Origin: an uncultured Acidimicrobiaceae bacterium
Lineage (GTDB): Bacteria; Actinomycetota; Acidimicrobiia; Acidimicrobiales; Bog-793
DNA length: 64,000 nucleotides
Assembly: GCA_963725215.1 (NCBI GenBank)
Contig: CAVRXQ010000002.1
Span: 400,205-464,204, forward strand
Reading direction: 5' to 3'
Shown: positions 33,309 through 44,134 of the stretch, piece by piece
How the letters are laid out: every line of letters starts with the position of its first letter
How positions within the stretch are numbered: position 1 is the stretch's first letter
Position numbers and translations under genes: made by a program
Notes under the pieces: generated by a model
What the model was told of the DNA's origin: nothing
The model's input: the letters and a program-made list of their open reading frames with translations, nothing else
The model's database searches: none

Positions 33309-33758
33309 CTATGTCGTCGCGGTCGCGTTGGAGTACACGCGTTCTGGGTAGATGAAGACGGCGGTCCGACGTTCCTCAGCCATCACCCGATCGAACGTCG
33401 CCCAGTCGTCGTGCGCGCCACCCGCCGCCCGGAAGATGGCACGAATCAACTCGGGAAGATGGGATGGGTCGTAGCCGGACAGAGGATTGTCCGGCCCCAC
33501 AATCTCGCAGGGTCCCTCGACCGCGGCCCACTCCCATCCTGTCCGGAAGACAGCCGTCACCCGGGGGCGGGCGCGCAAGTTGGACAGCTTGGTCTTGCCG
33601 TAGGTGACGAAGGCCACCACACGTTCGTTGGAGACCGGGTGCAGCAGCGTGCAAGCGTTGACGACCGACGCCTGCACGCTGCCGTCGGCCCGGGTCGTGG
33701 CGATGACGGCCAGATAGTGGTCGCCTGCGGCTATGCGATCGATGTCATCGAGGTCCAT
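33309..33758 (-). CDS. PPOX-class F420-dependent oxidoreductase
   Basis: ATTRADGSVQASVV, KLSNLRARP, WAAVEG, HDDW..FDRVMAEERR. Confidence 0.85.
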   Translation of the reverse strand: MDLDDIDRIAAGDHYLAVIATTRADGSVQASVVNACTLLHPVSNERVVAFVTYGKTKLSNLRARPRVTAVFRTGWEWAAVEGPCEIVGPDNPLSGYDPSHLPELIRAIFRAAGGAHDDWATFDRVMAEERRTAVFIYPERVYSNATATT

Positions 33759-33846
33759 CGCCGACCACTATCCCATTTGCAGAAGGCAGGGCATGAGCGA
33801 CGGTGAGCAGGCGGTGCGTGGTCTTTATGGAATGGAGGCCGCCGGC

Positions 33847-34338
33847 TCACGGACCAGGATCACCGCGAATTCGGAAATCGATGGCGAAGGACACCGCTCC
33901 CTCGAGGACAAGATGATGCTTGATTCCAGGTGGAATCGGCTGATGGTCGCCGCCCACGAGCTGCCTCTCAAAAGGGGGGTCGGTTGCCATCTTGAACGTC
34001 ATCCGTCCCTCGAGCACCCGTAGATCTCCCCACGTCCGCTCTGCGACGACGTGGTCCTTCAGCAGAGCTGGGGGAATGCTCGCCTGGTCGAAGGGGCCTG
34101 CGGTTCTCGCGATCGCGAGATCATCGGGCAGCTCTGCGCGGTCGCACAGCGGGCAGTCGATGACGCTACCGAGGTGCGCGGTTCGCTCCACTTCGGAGAC
34201 GACCCACGACCGCTCGAGGAACGGGGGCCGGTGACGGACGTGCTGGTTGTGCAGACACGAGAGCTCGGCGACCCAGTCGCCCATGTCGTCGGCGTGAAAG
34301 CCGACAATGGCGCGCTCCACACCGCCGATCATTGCCAC
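33847..34338 (-). CDS. DUF3565 plus DUF1971 (TehB N-terminal-like cupin) fusion
   Basis: GFH.D..GDWVAELSC.H.QHVRH.PP...CPLCD then P.ALLKDH....TWG.L.VLEG...IPP...HH; real start probably GTG near 34320. Confidence 0.75.
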   Translation of the reverse strand: MAMIGGVERAIVGFHADDMGDWVAELSCLHNQHVRHRPPFLERSWVVSEVERTAHLGSVIDCPLCDRAELPDDLAIARTAGPFDQASIPPALLKDHVVAERTWGDLRVLEGRMTFKMATDPPFERQLVGGDHQPIPPGIKHHLVLEGAVSFAIDFRIRGDPGP

Positions 34339-34521
34339 GTCGGAATCGGGGTGCGAGGCCGGAGGAACCGGTCAGCGTCCCCGATCGCCGGGCTCGTGAG
34401 GCGCCCGGGGTCTGGCGGCCATCCTCGTGTGTATCTGCACCAACCAATGCGTGGCACCTCCCGCCCGCGAAACTGTTGGGCTGCTGTGGTGTTCGCATCC
34501 ATCTGCAGAATTGGAAGCTCC

Positions 34522-35667
34522 ATGTCCACAGAACTTCCTCATCACCCCCGATCGCCGAATGGCAGCGCTGATCGCGCTCAGGTGATCGGCCTCGGTCTCA
34601 TCGGCAGCTCCGTCGCCCTTGCGCTACGAGCGACTGGTTGGCACGTGAGTGGAATCGACACGGACGCGGCGCACATGTCCCGGGCCCTTGAGCTCGGCGT
34701 CGTCGACGAGGTCGTGAACGACCCTTCCGCAACGCTCGCCTTTGTCGCGACGCCGGTGGCGTCCATCGGAAAGGTGGCTTCGGCGCTGTTGCGCGAACGC
34801 GAGGGTGACTCGAGCTTCGTCGTGACCGACGTCGGCGGCGTGAAGAGCGAGGTAGTCGGGGCGGTCGAAGACCCCCGCTTCGTTGGTGGCCACCCGATGG
34901 CGGGATCGGAACAGCAAGGCCCAGAGGGAGCGGACCGGGACATATTCCTCGGCGCCACGTGGGTGCTGACCCCGACCGAGGCGACGGACAACGACGCGTA
35001 TGAGCGTGTCCGGGAAGTGGTGATGTCCTTTGGAGCCGACGTCGTAGAGCTCGCGCCGGCGCGCCACGACGCCCTCGTCGCGATCGTCTCGCACCTTCCA
35101 CGCCTCATCGCTGCCAATCTGATGGTGCTCGCGGCCGACGCCTCCGAGGAAAACGCGGTGGTGCTCCGCCTTGCTGCGGGCGGCTTCCGGGACATGACCC
35201 GCATCGCGGCTGGCAACCCGGCGATCTGGCCGGACATCTTCCGAGACAATGCGGCTGCAGTCATCGAAGCGCTCGACGACTTGCGCGAGCGTCTCGACGA
35301 GGCCCGCAGGATTCTCGTCGACCAGGACCGTGGCGCGCTCGTGGCGTTGCTCGATCACGCCCGCGCGGCGCGCCGCAATCTCCCGCCGCGTATTCCGCGG
35401 CCCGAGTCCGTTGTCGAGTGCCGAGTTCCGGTCCTGGACCGTCCCGGAGCGCTCGCCGAGGTCACGACCCTCGTCGCCGAGCGGAATGTCAACATCTACG
35501 ACCTCGAGGTCGCGCACTCGGCCGAGGGCGAACGGGGCGTGCTCGTGCTCGCGATCGACGCTGAGGCCGTTGATGACGTGCGCGCCGCGCTCATGGGTCG
35601 CGGCTACCGCGCAGCCGTCTCGTTAGCTCGGAGCCCTGGCGAGCCGTCCCCCACAACCAGCGGCTGA
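34522..35667 (+). CDS. tyrA: prephenate dehydrogenase with C-terminal ACT domain
   Basis: GLGLIGSS, TDVGGVK, GGHPMAGSE, HD..VA..SHLP, GFRDMTRIA, DRPGALA ACT. Confidence 0.9.
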   Translation: MSTELPHHPRSPNGSADRAQVIGLGLIGSSVALALRATGWHVSGIDTDAAHMSRALELGVVDEVVNDPSATLAFVATPVASIGKVASALLREREGDSSFVVTDVGGVKSEVVGAVEDPRFVGGHPMAGSEQQGPEGADRDIFLGATWVLTPTEATDNDAYERVREVVMSFGADVVELAPARHDALVAIVSHLPRLIAANLMVLAADASEENAVVLRLAAGGFRDMTRIAAGNPAIWPDIFRDNAAAVIEALDDLRERLDEARRILVDQDRGALVALLDHARAARRNLPPRIPRPESVVECRVPVLDRPGALAEVTTLVAERNVNIYDLEVAHSAEGERGVLVLAIDAEAVDDVRAALMGRGYRAAVSLARSPGEPSPTTSG

Positions 35668-35893
35668 GTCGGCGATCCGAACTCGGCCATCAATACACCG
35701 CTCCGATCCAGACTGACCCAAAACATTCAGAGGAGGCGCTGTTCCGAACTATCCCGGATCGCCGGGTGAGTGCGACGCAGTTCGGCTCGTGAAGGACAGG
35801 CGTGGCCGCCTTCATCGGCGGGTCATTGGGGTACTGCGGGCTCTTGGCTTAACACTGAGTTGCGGTCCCCGCAGCGTACGTGACCTCCTTGCA

Positions 35894-36484
35894 TTAACGC
35901 GAAGTGGAGCTGGAGCTGGAGCTGGCGAGTACCTGAAGCACCGTGTCGACCTCGCCGATGTGAATTCGAATGTGCGAAATGCACGGCCGAGCCAGAATTT
36001 CCCACGCGGGGATACCCTCCAGCCCCTCGATCTCAGCCCAGACCTTCGGATCGGTGTAACCGTCCACGCGCTCGTTGTGCTCGCGAAAGTCGGGCACAGC
36101 GTCCAGAGTCGCGTCAGATTGCGCGTCTAACCAACCGAGGCTTTCTGTCTTGACTGCCTCGAGGTAATCAGCCACCACGCTGGGAGAGAATGAAGCTGCA
36201 ACCTCTCTCGCGGCCGAGGGCGAAACGCCCGCGCCAAAGCGGAAACGGGCGGAGATCCGTGAATCCCACGCGGGCCGACGTGCCACTTCATCCACGCCAC
36301 GGATGGCGCACTCGACGCCCCAATCGATGGTTCGTGCGCAATGCCACAGCGTGAACCCGGCCGGGTTGGCGCGTTCGAAGGCGAGCTCGGTCCAGCGTTG
36401 AGAGACCTCCTTGGAGCCCAAGCGCTCGGCGATGAGGTTGAACGACCCGCTGAGCTGAAGCAAGAGGACGTCCTTACCGATCAT
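35894..36484 (-). CDS. DinB-family protein
   Basis: LWHCAR..D near the N-terminus and H...HIGE near the C-terminus. Confidence 0.7.
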   Translation of the reverse strand: MIGKDVLLLQLSGSFNLIAERLGSKEVSQRWTELAFERANPAGFTLWHCARTIDWGVECAIRGVDEVARRPAWDSRISARFRFGAGVSPSAAREVAASFSPSVVADYLEAVKTESLGWLDAQSDATLDAVPDFREHNERVDGYTDPKVWAEIEGLEGIPAWEILARPCISHIRIHIGEVDTVLQVLASSSSSSTSR

Positions 36485-36495
36485 GGAGTATGGCC

Positions 36496-36900
36496 CTACA
36501 CCGAAAAGGCGCGGATCATCGCTGCCGCCCCTTGGGTCATCAACCCCTCGATGACCTGACCAAGTTCGTCCGGAAGAAAGTCCGTGGTCCACACGATCCG
36601 AGACCCCGTGGCTGTCGGTCCATCGGCTGACACCTCCACCGAGCCCTGATGATGCTCAGGCGCTAGAGCGCCTTCGACCACCGTGTAGACGAGTCGCCTG
36701 TGTCCGTCATCTAGAGAAATCAGCCGCTCCCTGGCTGTCCCACCCGAGGCGAAGGTGATTACGCGATCGATACCTTCGAGGGAGCAGTCAACGACGAACC
36801 CAGGGACGACGCGCTGATGCACGGCACCGTAGTCCCGCATCGCGTCCCAAACGTCCGCCGGTGAAGCCGGCACGTCGATGTGTTTGGAGATTGAGCCCAT
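36496..36900 (-). CDS. SRPBCC (polyketide cyclase-like) protein
   Basis: ASPADVWDA.RD.GA.H.R..PGFV, R.VTF..G, RRLVY, W..D.LP. Confidence 0.8.
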   Translation of the reverse strand: MGSISKHIDVPASPADVWDAMRDYGAVHQRVVPGFVVDCSLEGIDRVITFASGGTARERLISLDDGHRRLVYTVVEGALAPEHHQGSVEVSADGPTATGSRIVWTTDFLPDELGQVIEGLMTQGAAAMIRAFSV

Positions 36901-37179
36901 GGCGACAGCCTCGCGCCTCCCCCTACGGGAGGGTCAAATGAACAGATCGCTCGTGAGTATCTGCCCTCGTGAACAAGCGCACGGAAATGATGGGCACTCC
37001 GGACGGTTCTCGCGCGGCCGACAGGTGCCGAAGGTCGCCCATAACACTCAAGTCAAGAGTGCGCTGAGACTGTCCGCTAACGCTGGGTTAGCGCGCGTCA
37101 GGGTTAGCCGCTAAAGGATGGCGCGGCGACCGAACGCGTCGGATTGCGGCACCGGTGTCGAGGCCAGGATGATCGGACC

Positions 37180-37743
37180 ATGACAGAGACCGCACTTCTC
37201 GTGATGGACGTCCAGCAGGGTGTGGTGGAGCGTGTGGCGGAAAGCGCGGGCCCGCTGCTCGCCACGCTCGGCCGCGCCACTGACGGCGCCCGTAAGGCTG
37301 GCGTCCACGTGATCTACGTGCGGGTGGCATTCCGCCCCGGCGCGCCCGAGGTGAGCAAGCGCAATCGCGCCTTCGCCGCGATCGGCGGGTCCGGATCCTT
37401 CGGGGAGAACGATGCAGCGACGCAGCTGCACCCAGATCTGGCGCCACATCCCGGCGACCTGGTGGTGGTGAAGAAGCGGGTGAGCGCATTCACCGGAAGT
37501 GACTTGGAGGTGGTGCGTCGAGCTCTGGACGTGCGCTCGCTCGCGCTGGCCGGGATCGCCACGAGCGGCGTCGTGCTCTCGACCCTGCGGCAGGCCGCCG
37601 ATCTGGACTACGAGCTCACCGTGCTGAGCGACGGCTGCGCCGACGCCGACCCGGAGGTCCACCGCGTCCTCATGGAGAAGGTCTTTCCTCGCCAGGCGAC
37701 CGTCATCACGGTCGAGGAGTGGGTGGGTCAGCTCTGCGGGTGA
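37180..37743 (+). CDS. isochorismatase-family cysteine hydrolase
   Basis: ALLVMDVQ, KKRVSAF.GSDL, GIATSGVVLST, D.DPEVH. Confidence 0.88.
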   Translation: MTETALLVMDVQQGVVERVAESAGPLLATLGRATDGARKAGVHVIYVRVAFRPGAPEVSKRNRAFAAIGGSGSFGENDAATQLHPDLAPHPGDLVVVKKRVSAFTGSDLEVVRRALDVRSLALAGIATSGVVLSTLRQAADLDYELTVLSDGCADADPEVHRVLMEKVFPRQATVITVEEWVGQLCG

Positions 37744-37933
37744 CGCTGACGACCCGTCGTCGACGCCGTGACTATCGCCGTGCCTGACCCGGAAGTGTCA
37801 CCTACCATTCACCTCAGAACAACGGGACCCTCTCACCGGACCTCGGGATCGTCATCGATTGAAGCGTTCGTCCCTCAGCTAGCGGCTGGTCGGCAAACCG
37901 GTTCCTCCTGGGCCGGGTCCCTAGCCTGGGTTC

Positions 37934-39823
37934 GTGCGCCTACGGGGTCGTATCACGAACGAGCGCGCGGCCTGGCCGCCGTTGTTGCTTGCGCTTCTGG
38001 CCCTCGCGGGTCTTCTCGCCGGGTGCGGGAGTGCGTCAGCCGGACCGCAGCCGACCATCGGGTCGTTCCTCGCGGGATGGGCGGCACGAGATTGGCCCGC
38101 GATGCGACACTTCGTGGCGGATCCACCCGCCGGATTCGCGAGCACCAACGCGGCGGCGCTGTCCGACCTCGGGGCGACGAGCGCGCGCTACGAAGCCGGT
38201 TCACCCGTCGTCTCCGGCACGGCGGCACGGGTCGCGGTGACCGAGCGCCTCACCATTCGCGGATTCGGCGCGTGGAAGGTCCGCACGACGTTGCACCTCG
38301 TGGAGCGCTCCGGTCGATGGCTCGTCCGGTGGTCGCCCGAGACGATCGACCCGTCCCTTCGCCCCGGCAGACACTTCGCCGTGACGACGACCTGGCCGCC
38401 CCGTGCCCCGATCCTCGGTGTTGGCGGCGTGCCACTCACGACCGAAGAGAAAACGGTGAACGTCGGCATCGAGGGGCACTACGTGAAGGATCCGTCTTCG
38501 CTGTCCGCGGCGCTCGTCGCGGCAGGGGCAACGAGCGCCGAGGTGAGCTCCTCCCTCGCCGCGGCAAAGATGAACCCGACGTACTTCGAACCGGTCTTCA
38601 CGGTCCCGTGGGCCCGGTACCTGCAGCTGAAGCCGACCCTCTATCCGCTACCCGGAACCGTCTTCCAGACCGCCGAGGCGCGCGAGGCGATCACGCCGCA
38701 GCTCGAGGCGCACCTCGTCGGGAGCGTCGGACCGATCACTGCCCAGGAGCTGCACGCGCTCGGCCCTCCCTACGACGCGACGAGCATCGTCGGCCAAACG
38801 GGCCTCGAGCAGTTCGACCAGGCCCAGCTCGCGGGAAGCCCCGGAGTCACGATCTCTGTCCTCAGCGACGACGGCGTGGCTCTGGCGACGCTCGCGCATC
38901 GGAAACCCGAACCCGGCAGGCCAGTGCGGACATCGATCGACCCCGTAATCCAGCGCGCGGCCGAAGCCGCGCTCGCGCGCGAGCGGAAACCCGCCGCCCT
39001 TGTCGCTGTGGACGCCAGCACCGGCCAGGTGCTCGCGTCGGTGAGCGACCCGAGCAGCGACGTGTTCGACCAGGCGCTCGACGGGGCGTTCCCGCCTGGC
39101 TCGACTTTCAAGACGATCACGAGCACCGCTCTCATCGAGCACGGCCTCTCCCCGAGCTCGTCGGCGAGCTGTCCGACGACCATTACCGTCGGCGGCGAGC
39201 TGTTCCATAACGCCGAGGGCGACACGCCCGTGCAGAACATGGACCAGGCCTTCACCGAATCGTGCAACACCGCGTTCATCGGTCTCGCGACCAAGAACCT
39301 GCGAGCGGCGAACATTGCCGCCGCCGCCGCCCAGTACGACATCGGCAAGTCGCCCGACATGGGCCTTCCAGTCTTCGGGGGAAGCGTGCCGACGCCGACC
39401 AGCGCCGCGGACCTCGCCGCGACAGCGATCGGCCAGGGTCGCGTCCTCGTCTCGCCGCTCGATATGGCGATGGTCGCTGCGGCGATCGACTCGGGCCCGG
39501 TGCGCGAACCGCGCCTCGTGCTCGGCGCGCCGGACGACCGGGCACCGACCCACCGGCTGCCGACCGACGTGGTCGCGGATCTACACCTAATGATGGCCGA
39601 CGTCGTGGCTAGTGGGACCGCTGCCAACGAAGGGCTGCCGCTTGGGACCTACGCGAAGACCGGGACAGCCCAGTACGGGACCGGCAACCCACTACCGACC
39701 GACGCATGGCTGATCGGCTTCCGCGGGAACCTCGCCTTTGCGGTCCTCGTCGTCGACGGCGGATACGGCGGTCCGACGGACGGACCCATCGCAGCATCGT
39801 TCCTCGACGGTGCATCCGGTTAG
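37934..39823 (+). CDS. penicillin-binding protein (NTF2/MecA_N plus transpeptidase), lipoprotein
   Basis: LAGC lipobox; PGSTFK (SxxK), SCN (SxN), KTG motifs. Confidence 0.9.
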   Translation: MRLRGRITNERAAWPPLLLALLALAGLLAGCGSASAGPQPTIGSFLAGWAARDWPAMRHFVADPPAGFASTNAAALSDLGATSARYEAGSPVVSGTAARVAVTERLTIRGFGAWKVRTTLHLVERSGRWLVRWSPETIDPSLRPGRHFAVTTTWPPRAPILGVGGVPLTTEEKTVNVGIEGHYVKDPSSLSAALVAAGATSAEVSSSLAAAKMNPTYFEPVFTVPWARYLQLKPTLYPLPGTVFQTAEAREAITPQLEAHLVGSVGPITAQELHALGPPYDATSIVGQTGLEQFDQAQLAGSPGVTISVLSDDGVALATLAHRKPEPGRPVRTSIDPVIQRAAEAALARERKPAALVAVDASTGQVLASVSDPSSDVFDQALDGAFPPGSTFKTITSTALIEHGLSPSSSASCPTTITVGGELFHNAEGDTPVQNMDQAFTESCNTAFIGLATKNLRAANIAAAAAQYDIGKSPDMGLPVFGGSVPTPTSAADLAATAIGQGRVLVSPLDMAMVAAAIDSGPVREPRLVLGAPDDRAPTHRLPTDVVADLHLMMADVVASGTAANEGLPLGTYAKTGTAQYGTGNPLPTDAWLIGFRGNLAFAVLVVDGGYGGPTDGPIAASFLDGASG

Positions 39824-40077
39824 GTCTCCGCCCACGGGGCCACGCGAGCTCAAGGTCTGAGTCGGCCTCACAACTAATTCGCGGCCTGCCGAGAACAATC
39901 ACCCCGCGGCAGCTCTTGCAGGCATCCCTAAACATTCACCCTCGGCACGGCATTGGGCTAGCCCACAACGCCGGGCGTGTCGCACTATCTATATGCCGGC
40001 GATCGGCACTTTGATGACGCATTGCACGTGGTGGATTCAAAGGGTCCCCGATCGCCGACCGGGGCGCGCGATCTCGC

Positions 40078-40824
40078 TCAGCGGGCGAACACCATCAGAT
40101 CCAGTTCTTCAACGATGGGTTCTGGCAATTCGTGTTTGTCGGCGGCTTCGGTTAAGCGCGCCAAGCCGCGTTCGAACTCTTCATCTGGGAGGACCTCCAG
40201 CGGGCTGTGGGCGCGAAAGCGAGTGCGTTCAACAAGCTCCAGAGCGGTAGCGGCCGATGTCTGACGAAACTTCTCGTGCGAGGAAAGGCGAAGGCCAGCA
40301 CGCGCAAACGCGCCGGTGACCTCTTGCAGCGAGGGGAACTGACTTTCGGCGATCGCGATCGCCGCGGGGAAAAAGGGTGCGAGCACCCACGCGCGGGCGT
40401 CGAACATCTCCCTCAGGATGACCCGGCCGTTCTCGGCGAGTATTCGATCCAGCTCTCGGGCGCAGGCATCGAGGTCCTTCACATGATGGATCGTCTGGGA
40501 TATCCACACGACGGAAACCGCAGATGCGCGGATTGGTATCTGCTCAGCCCTCCCCCCGACGATGCGCACCGACGGGTGGGTCTGCATGCGGGCCTGCTCG
40601 ACCATCCCGGCCGCTGGTTCGATGGCGACGACGGGCCGACTAAGGCGCGACGCAAGGACCGCCGAGAAGCGGCCGGTCCCAGAGCCGAGGTCACAGACGA
40701 CGCCCGCCGCGTCTCCGGCCAAATGCCGCGCCGCAGCGTCGACCCATGCCGCGACGACCGACACCGGGAGGGAGCGTCCAGCACGGTAGACGAACGCCAT
40801 CCGACCGCTGTAGTCGACCTGCAT
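40078..40824 (-). CDS. class I SAM-dependent methyltransferase
   Basis: DLGSGTGRF, IEP...M, GRAEQIP, HH. Confidence 0.85.
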   Translation of the reverse strand: MQVDYSGRMAFVYRAGRSLPVSVVAAWVDAAARHLAGDAAGVVCDLGSGTGRFSAVLASRLSRPVVAIEPAAGMVEQARMQTHPSVRIVGGRAEQIPIRASAVSVVWISQTIHHVKDLDACARELDRILAENGRVILREMFDARAWVLAPFFPAAIAIAESQFPSLQEVTGAFARAGLRLSSHEKFRQTSAATALELVERTRFRAHSPLEVLPDEEFERGLARLTEAADKHELPEPIVEELDLMVFAR

Positions 40825-41369
40825 CCGTCTCCGAACCTACGCGGGTCTTTTCCAGCGATAACTGTCTCACTTGTCCCGGTCGCGTGCATCTGTGGGCCTG
40901 CGTTCTGAGGGAAGTTCGGTCGCGACGGCGCCCTGCCCGAGGGACTTACTCCTCTGTTGCTAGGGGCGCGATGAGCTGTTCTCTTAGTGATGCGGTTCCC
41001 GGAGTGGAACTGGGAAGGAGGCCAACGGTTCTCGGTCAATCTCTTCAGCATCCTCGGGGTGATCAGAAGCTCGGAGGCACTTTGTAGGAGCAGCGGTCCT
41101 GCCGAGACTGGTGCTCAGGTTTGAGGTCTGCGGACATGCGCAGTACGGGCATCACGCAGCTGCCAGAGCGCACAAAGCTCACCTGAGGCCTCAAGCCTCC
41201 GGAAACTCGACGGCTCCCCCGGGATACTGAGACAACTACATAGACGAGTGTCCGTTCCCGGCAAGGAGCGGGCACTGTCGTGTTCGGGAGACGTCGACCT
41301 GCGCCGGACCTCTCTCGGTTGCCGGTCGATTAGTGCGGAGCTCCAATCAAGAGAGTTGGAAGTGGTGAT

Positions 41370-42827
41370 ATGGCTTTCTTTGTCGTCCTGTTCGTGGCAT
41401 TGGCAGCGCTTGGTGCGATCTTGCTCGCGCCGCTGATGCTCCCTGGCGCCTTATTCGTCGCCGCGATCTTTGGCCTTGTGGTGCTCGTCCGACACGTTCA
41501 TCGGCACCACGAGCTTTACTCGCAGCACGGCGAACGGCCCACCGCTCTCGACCGACAAGAAACCCGTCTGACCAGCGCATCCGAGGATGCGAGGGCCAAA
41601 CTCGGCGAGTCGCGAGATATCGATGTGCCCACACTGGACTCCCCGATGATTGGCGAGTCGACTGAGTCGACGATCGGCCTCGACCTCGTGCGAGCGCTGC
41701 ACAATGCCGTGCGGCCGTCGGTTGCCGTGCACGATCCCGTGCTGGAAGCGGGCGTATGCCCCATCCTTAATGGGTTATCCGGCGGGTCGGCGCTGGCCGA
41801 TCGGGTGCGGTGCGGATCTGACAAGCGAGCCGAGCTACTCGAGTCTTTCGAGGCGGTGAGCCGCCACTTCGCCCCCCACAACGTCTACCCGGTAGCGGGG
41901 GCGGAGGTCGAGCGCGTCCTCGACGGGTTGCGCCTAAGTCTCAGAGAGCACGCCGATGAAGAGGCATCCACCGTTTGCGATCTCTGCGCACGAGTGCTCG
42001 ATAGCGTCAGTGATTGGGACGACTCGCATTTTGGTTGCCGAGTCCACGACCGAACGGTTCATTCTCCGCGCACCGAGCTCGTCAACGTGCTGAAGCGCGA
42101 AGCGGACGCTTCGCCGTCTTCGGCCCGTCGAGTGCTCGAAGCCTGGGACGATTCGATCGACGCGATTGCCGCCGAACTCAAGTCCGCGCCAACGGATGTC
42201 GAGAGCGGCGTGGCAGCACACCGGCTGATGGCTGCCATTGCTATCCATGACTCCGTCGAGAGCGGCATCCTCTTTCCGATTCTGAAGCGCGCACCCGGAG
42301 GGGAGTCCCTCGCCGCTCGACTGCACGAAGGTTTCGCGTACCACGCTCTGCTTCAACGGTTCTGGAACGAGCTCACAAAGGGCGGCGTTGCGGCAGACGA
42401 CGTCTATCGGGAGCGCCGAAAGGAGGCAGAGGACGTCCTTACCGCAGTCGTCGAGAGCTTCCGATCCCATCGGCGCGACGACATGGGTGAGATTGCCGCG
42501 TTCTTCGACAACTTGCCGGCCGCCGCATACCGCACAGTACGGTCGCCGCTCGACGACGTCATGTGGACCTGGCATAGCGAAGGCCCAGCCCTGCTCGCCA
42601 TCCGGATGGCGCTCTGGGCGGGTTCCGCTCCGACCCGCGCCCATGCCCTCACCGTGAAACACCCCTCGAGCCGGACTCTCAGGAGCCTCACCCACGTTGC
42701 GGACCACATCCTCGATTCCTGGGGCGACACTTGGCTCGAACAGTTCATCTTGCCGAGACGCCACCCCCGCCCGTTCACGCGGGTTGGCCCTCCTTCCGCT
42801 GATCGCACACGCGGTTATGCGGCTTGA
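41370..42827 (+). CDS. membrane-anchored hemerythrin-like domain protein
   Basis: two N-terminal hydrophobic helices; H...E..LFP (AIHDSVESGILFP), APTRAH. Confidence 0.5.
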   Translation: MAFFVVLFVALAALGAILLAPLMLPGALFVAAIFGLVVLVRHVHRHHELYSQHGERPTALDRQETRLTSASEDARAKLGESRDIDVPTLDSPMIGESTESTIGLDLVRALHNAVRPSVAVHDPVLEAGVCPILNGLSGGSALADRVRCGSDKRAELLESFEAVSRHFAPHNVYPVAGAEVERVLDGLRLSLREHADEEASTVCDLCARVLDSVSDWDDSHFGCRVHDRTVHSPRTELVNVLKREADASPSSARRVLEAWDDSIDAIAAELKSAPTDVESGVAAHRLMAAIAIHDSVESGILFPILKRAPGGESLAARLHEGFAYHALLQRFWNELTKGGVAADDVYRERRKEAEDVLTAVVESFRSHRRDDMGEIAAFFDNLPAAAYRTVRSPLDDVMWTWHSEGPALLAIRMALWAGSAPTRAHALTVKHPSSRTLRSLTHVADHILDSWGDTWLEQFILPRRHPRPFTRVGPPSADRTRGYAA

Positions 42828-43035
42828 AGCGCCTCGAGGCGGGACTCGATCGGATGATGCCCTTCCGAAGCGCATTATGGGGGCGCCGGTAGCTCCATAA
42901 CGGTCCTTCATGTCTCATAGTCGCTGTTTCTGAGTGACACTGAACGCCGGAAGTGCGCACCCTTCGCGTACAGGCGAGGTCACCGCCGGGAGGAGCAGGC
43001 GCTTCTCGAATGACTCGCAACCGTACAGTCGCCTC

Positions 43036-43920
43036 GTGCCTCACCGCGACGACACCCACCGTTCGCACGACTTCGAATGGGACGCCGAGGCGACCGCGGT
43101 TCGGGCCGAGATGGAAGGCGAGGTTTTGGCAGCTCTGGTCGAGCAGGCGCTCGACGAGGTGGTCGTTACCTGCGCCGGCCGCAATTTGAACGTCCGCCGA
43201 GTCCTTGACCTCGGCTGTGGACCAGGAGTCGCCACGACCCTGATCGCCGGGCGCTTCCCCCGGGCAAACGTCGTCGCAGCCGACGGTTCGGCAGCGATGC
43301 TCGAGCACGCCCGTGCTAGGTCGCGGCGCTTCCGTGTTGACCAGCGCGTGAACACGCACCGCCTCGAGCTGCCCGCCGGCCTTGACACCTTGGACCCAGC
43401 TGATGTGGTCTGGGCATCGATGGTGCTTCATCACGTTGGAAATGAGTTGGCGGCGCTCCGTCAGATCCGTACGCTGCTCGAACCCGGAGGCCTCCTCGCG
43501 CTCGTCGAGCACGACGGCAAGACGCGTGTCCTCCCCGATGACGTCGACGTCGGCCGCACTGGCCTGTGGGAGAGGCTGGACGAGGCGGAGGAGGCGTGGT
43601 TTCGCGATATGCGGACCGGGCTTCCTGACGCCACCGAATCTGCCAGCCACGCGAAAATGCTCGGCGACGCTGGCTTTCACCTCCTTGTCGATCGAATGCT
43701 GGAGATCACGCTCGAGCCGCCCCTCGACGACTGCGCTCGTCGATTCGCTCATAGCTTTCTCCAACGCACCAAGACCGATCTGGAGCCCTACGCCAATCGG
43801 TCCGACCTCCAGTCGCTCGACCGACTTCTGGACGAGGAGTCACCAGACGGCATCCTGAAGCGGGAGGACGCGGTTCTCTCCACTTCCCGCCATCTCTACG
43901 TGGCGTCGGCTGCCGGCTGA
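43036..43920 (+). CDS. class I SAM-dependent methyltransferase
   Basis: VLDLGCGPG, DGS..ML, WASMVLHH, L.PGG. Confidence 0.88.
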   Translation: MPHRDDTHRSHDFEWDAEATAVRAEMEGEVLAALVEQALDEVVVTCAGRNLNVRRVLDLGCGPGVATTLIAGRFPRANVVAADGSAAMLEHARARSRRFRVDQRVNTHRLELPAGLDTLDPADVVWASMVLHHVGNELAALRQIRTLLEPGGLLALVEHDGKTRVLPDDVDVGRTGLWERLDEAEEAWFRDMRTGLPDATESASHAKMLGDAGFHLLVDRMLEITLEPPLDDCARRFAHSFLQRTKTDLEPYANRSDLQSLDRLLDEESPDGILKREDAVLSTSRHLYVASAAG

Positions 43921-44134
43921 ACAGTCGGCCGCTCCCTGGACCGAAGTCGCCTTCCGAAGAGAGGTTGGCTTTCGATTGCCTCGCCTCATGAGTTCACTAC
44001 CGATCGAGTAACGGGCGCCATATCGCCTATTGGCGCGACGCGCGTGGCTTCGCAGCGAACCGTCGAACGACGGCGCTGAAATCGAGTTGTGTCCCATAAT
44101 TGTGCGAGATCCCGCCTCGATGGGTGCCCACAAA

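Noticed and set aside
34051-34521. 157-aa N-terminal extension of tyrA
   Set aside because: Overlaps the antisense DUF3565 gene; ATG 34522 precedes the Rossmann motif
35904-35926. (GGAGCT)n short tandem repeat
   Set aside because: Encodes the Ser-rich tail of the DinB protein; in frame and unlikely to be a phase-variation tract
37768-39210. 480-aa ORF overlapping the PBP gene
   Set aside because: Arg-rich alternative-frame artefact of high GC
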